From the human T2T-CHM13v2.0 reference genome, Homo sapiens: a DNA stretch of 64,000 bases. The translations under genes and the position numbers were made by a program. Where the stretch lies: the NCBI RefSeq assembly GCF_009914755.1, contig NC_060932.1. The stretch is one strand, 5' to 3'. Positions 61,303-64,000 of this stretch are shown piece after piece. Under the pieces are notes generated by a model that was not told where the DNA came from, did no database searches, and saw only the letters and a program-made list of their open reading frames with translations. Position 1 is the stretch's first letter. Every line of letters begins with the position of its first letter.

Positions 61303-64000
61303 CTGGCTCAGTCTTGAGAGGGTGTATATGTCCAGGAATTTACCCATTTTTTCTGGATTTTCTAGTTTATGTGCATAGAGGTGTTCATAATATTCTCTGG
61401 TGGTTATTTATATTTCTGTGGGGCCACTGGTAATATCTCCTTTGTCATCTCTGATCGTGTTTATTTGGATCTTCGCTTTTCTTCTGTATTAGTCTAGCTA
61501 GTGGTCTATCTATTGTATTAACTTTTTCAAAAAACCAACTTCTGGATTTGTTGATCTTTTGAATGGTTTTCACGTCTCAGTCTCCTTCGGTTCTGCTCTG
61601 ATTTTGGCTACTTCTTGTCTTCTGCTAGCTTTGGGGCTGGTTTTCTCTTGGTTCTCCAGTTCTTTTAGTTGTGATGTTCGGTTGTTAAATTGAGATCTTT
61701 CTAACTTTTTGATGTGGGCCTTTAGCGCTATAAATTTCCCCTTAACACTGACTTAGCTGTGTCCCAGAGATTCTGGTATGCTGTATCTTTGTTCTTATTA
61801 GTTTGAAAGAACGTCTTGATTTCTGACTTAATTTCATCATCTACGCAAAAGTCAATCAGGGGCAGGTTATTCAATTTCCATATAATTGCATGATTTTGAG
61901 TGAATTTCTTAGTCTTGATTTCTAATTTGGTTGTGCTGTGGTCTGAGAAATTGGTTGTTATGATTTCAGTTCTTTTGTATTTGCTGAGGAGTGTTTTTTG
62001 TTCAATCATGTGATCTATCTTAGAGTATGTGTCATGTGGCAATGAGAAGAATGCATATTCTGTTGTTTCGGGGTGGAGAGTTCTGTAGGTGTCTATCAGG
62101 TCCATTTGTTCCAGTGCTGAGTTCAGCTCCTGAATTTTTTTGTGAATTTTCTGCCTTAATGATCTGTCTAATACTGTCAGTGGGGTGTTAAAGTCTCCCA
62201 CTATTATTGTGTGAGAGTCTAAGTCTCTTTGAAGGTCTTTAAGAACTTGCTTTATAAATGTGGGTGCTCCTATGTTGGGTGCATATATATTTAGGATAGT
62301 TAGGTCTTCTTGTTGAATTGAACGTTTTACCATTATGTAATGCCCATCTTTGTCTTTTTTGATCTTTGTCGGCTTAATGTCTGTTTTGTCTGAAGTTAGG
62401 ATTGCAACCCCTGATTTGTTGTTTTCCATTTGCTTGGTAGATTTTTCTCCATCCTTTTATTTGAGCCTATGGATGTCACTGCATGTGAAATGGATCTCTT
62501 GAAGACAACATACCGATGGGTATTGGTTCTTTATCCAGCATGCAACTCTGTGCCTTTTAATTGGGGCATTTAGCCCATTTACATGCAAGGTTAGTATTGA
62601 TATATGTGGATTTGCTCCTGTCATCATGTTAGCTGATTATTATGCAGATTTGTTTGTGTGGTTGCTTTATAGTGCAACTGGTCTGTGTACTTTGGTATGT
62701 TTTTGTAGTGGCTGGTAACAGTCTTTCTTTTCCATATTTAGTGCTGCCTTCAGGAGTTCTTGTGAGGCAGGTCTGGTGGTGACAAATTCCCTCAGCATTT
62801 ACTTGTCTGAAAAGGATCTTATTTCTCCTTCACTTATGAAGCTTAGTTTGGCCAGATATGAAATTCTGGGTTGGAATTTCTTTAGGAATGTTGAATATTG
62901 GCCCCCAATCTCTTCTGGCTTGTAGGGTTTCTACTGAGAGGTCTGCTCTTAGTCTGATAGGTGTTCCTTTGTAGGTGACCTGGCCTTTCTCTCTGGCTGC
63001 CTTTAACTTTTTTCCTTTCATTTCGACCTTGAAGAATTTCATGATTATGTGTCTTGGGGATGATCTTCTCATAGAGTATCTTACTCTGAGTTTCCTGGAT
63101 TTGGATGGCAGCCTCTCTAGCTAGGCTGGGGAAGTTTTCATGGATGATATCCTGAAATCTGTCTTCCAAGTTGCTTACACTCTCCCCATCTCTTTCAGGG
63201 ACACCAATGAGTCACAGATTTGGATTACAGAATCCCATATTTCCTGGAGGTTTTGTTCATTCCTTTTCAAAGTTCTTTTGTCTCCATTCTTGTCTGACTG
63301 TCTTATTTCAGAAAGCTAGTCTTCAAGCACTGAGATTCTTTCCTCCACTTGGTATATTCTGCTATTAATACTTCTGATTGCATTATGAAATTCTTATAGT
63401 GTGGTTTTCGGTGCTATCAGGTCAGTTATGCTCTTTTCTATACTGGCAATTTTGTCTGTCAGCTCCTGCATCATTTTATTGTGACTCCTATCATCCTTGG
63501 ATTGGGTTTCCACATACCCCTACACCTCAATGATCTTGGTTCCTATCCATATTCTGAATTCTATTTCTGTCATTTCAGCCATCTCAGCCTGGTTCAGAAC
63601 CCTTGCTGGAGAGGTGGGGCAGTCATTTGGAGGAAAGAAGGCACTCTGGCTTGTGTTGTCTGGGTTCTTGAACTGGTTCTTTCTTATCTTTTGGGCTGAT
63701 GTTCCTATGCTCTTTGAAGTTGCTAACCTTTGGATGATTTTTTTTTCTTTTATCCTATTTGATGACCTTGAGGATTTGATTGTAGTATAAGTTGGATTCA
63801 GCTGACTGGCTTTGTTTCTGGATGATTTTAGGGGGCCAAGGCTCAGTTCCCAACTCCCAGACTGTGTGCTCTAACTGGGGTACTTGTATCAGGCACCAAC
63901 TTTGTTCTCTGGCTCCCGGAGGTTAGGAATCAACTGCACTGAGGGATCAAGGTGCTCCTCACTACCGGTCACTACACTCTGATAGGTGGTGCCAGCCAGT

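Noticed and set aside
61728-62429. 233-aa endonuclease ORF as a functional gene
   Set aside because: Fragment of a degenerate L1 ORF2 interrupted by stops, frameshifts and Alus.

Overview
Primate (most likely human) genomic DNA, not prokaryotic. It is GC-rich, dense in VNTRs and dominated by repeats (Alu, L1, MIR, MaLR and ERV LTRs), and I see no intact protein-coding gene. The main result, missed by the ORF track, is a three-exon Ly6/uPAR (three-finger, GPI-anchored) gene on the minus strand at 1-1958. It has canonical GT-AG phase-1 introns, a signal peptide, all 10 LU-domain cysteines, CCNTDLCN and the start of a GPI signal. Only two clear lesions disable it: ATG>ACG and a 9-bp tandem duplication creating an in-frame TGA. 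From memory it closely resembles mouse Ly6m (2010109I03Rik/intectin), so it is probably a lost (unitary) ortholog. The window also holds a full-length processed CDC42 pseudogene (51803-54186), a truncated MER41 provirus carrying solo LTR12C and MER11 insertions, solo LTR5A/LTR5B/LTR10/LTR47/MER57 LTRs, a long old L1PA and many minisatellites. I infer, without verification, that this is the 8q24.3 Ly6 cluster between CYP11B2 and LY6E. Repeat subfamily names come from recalled consensus sequences, and boundaries of old repeats are approximate.
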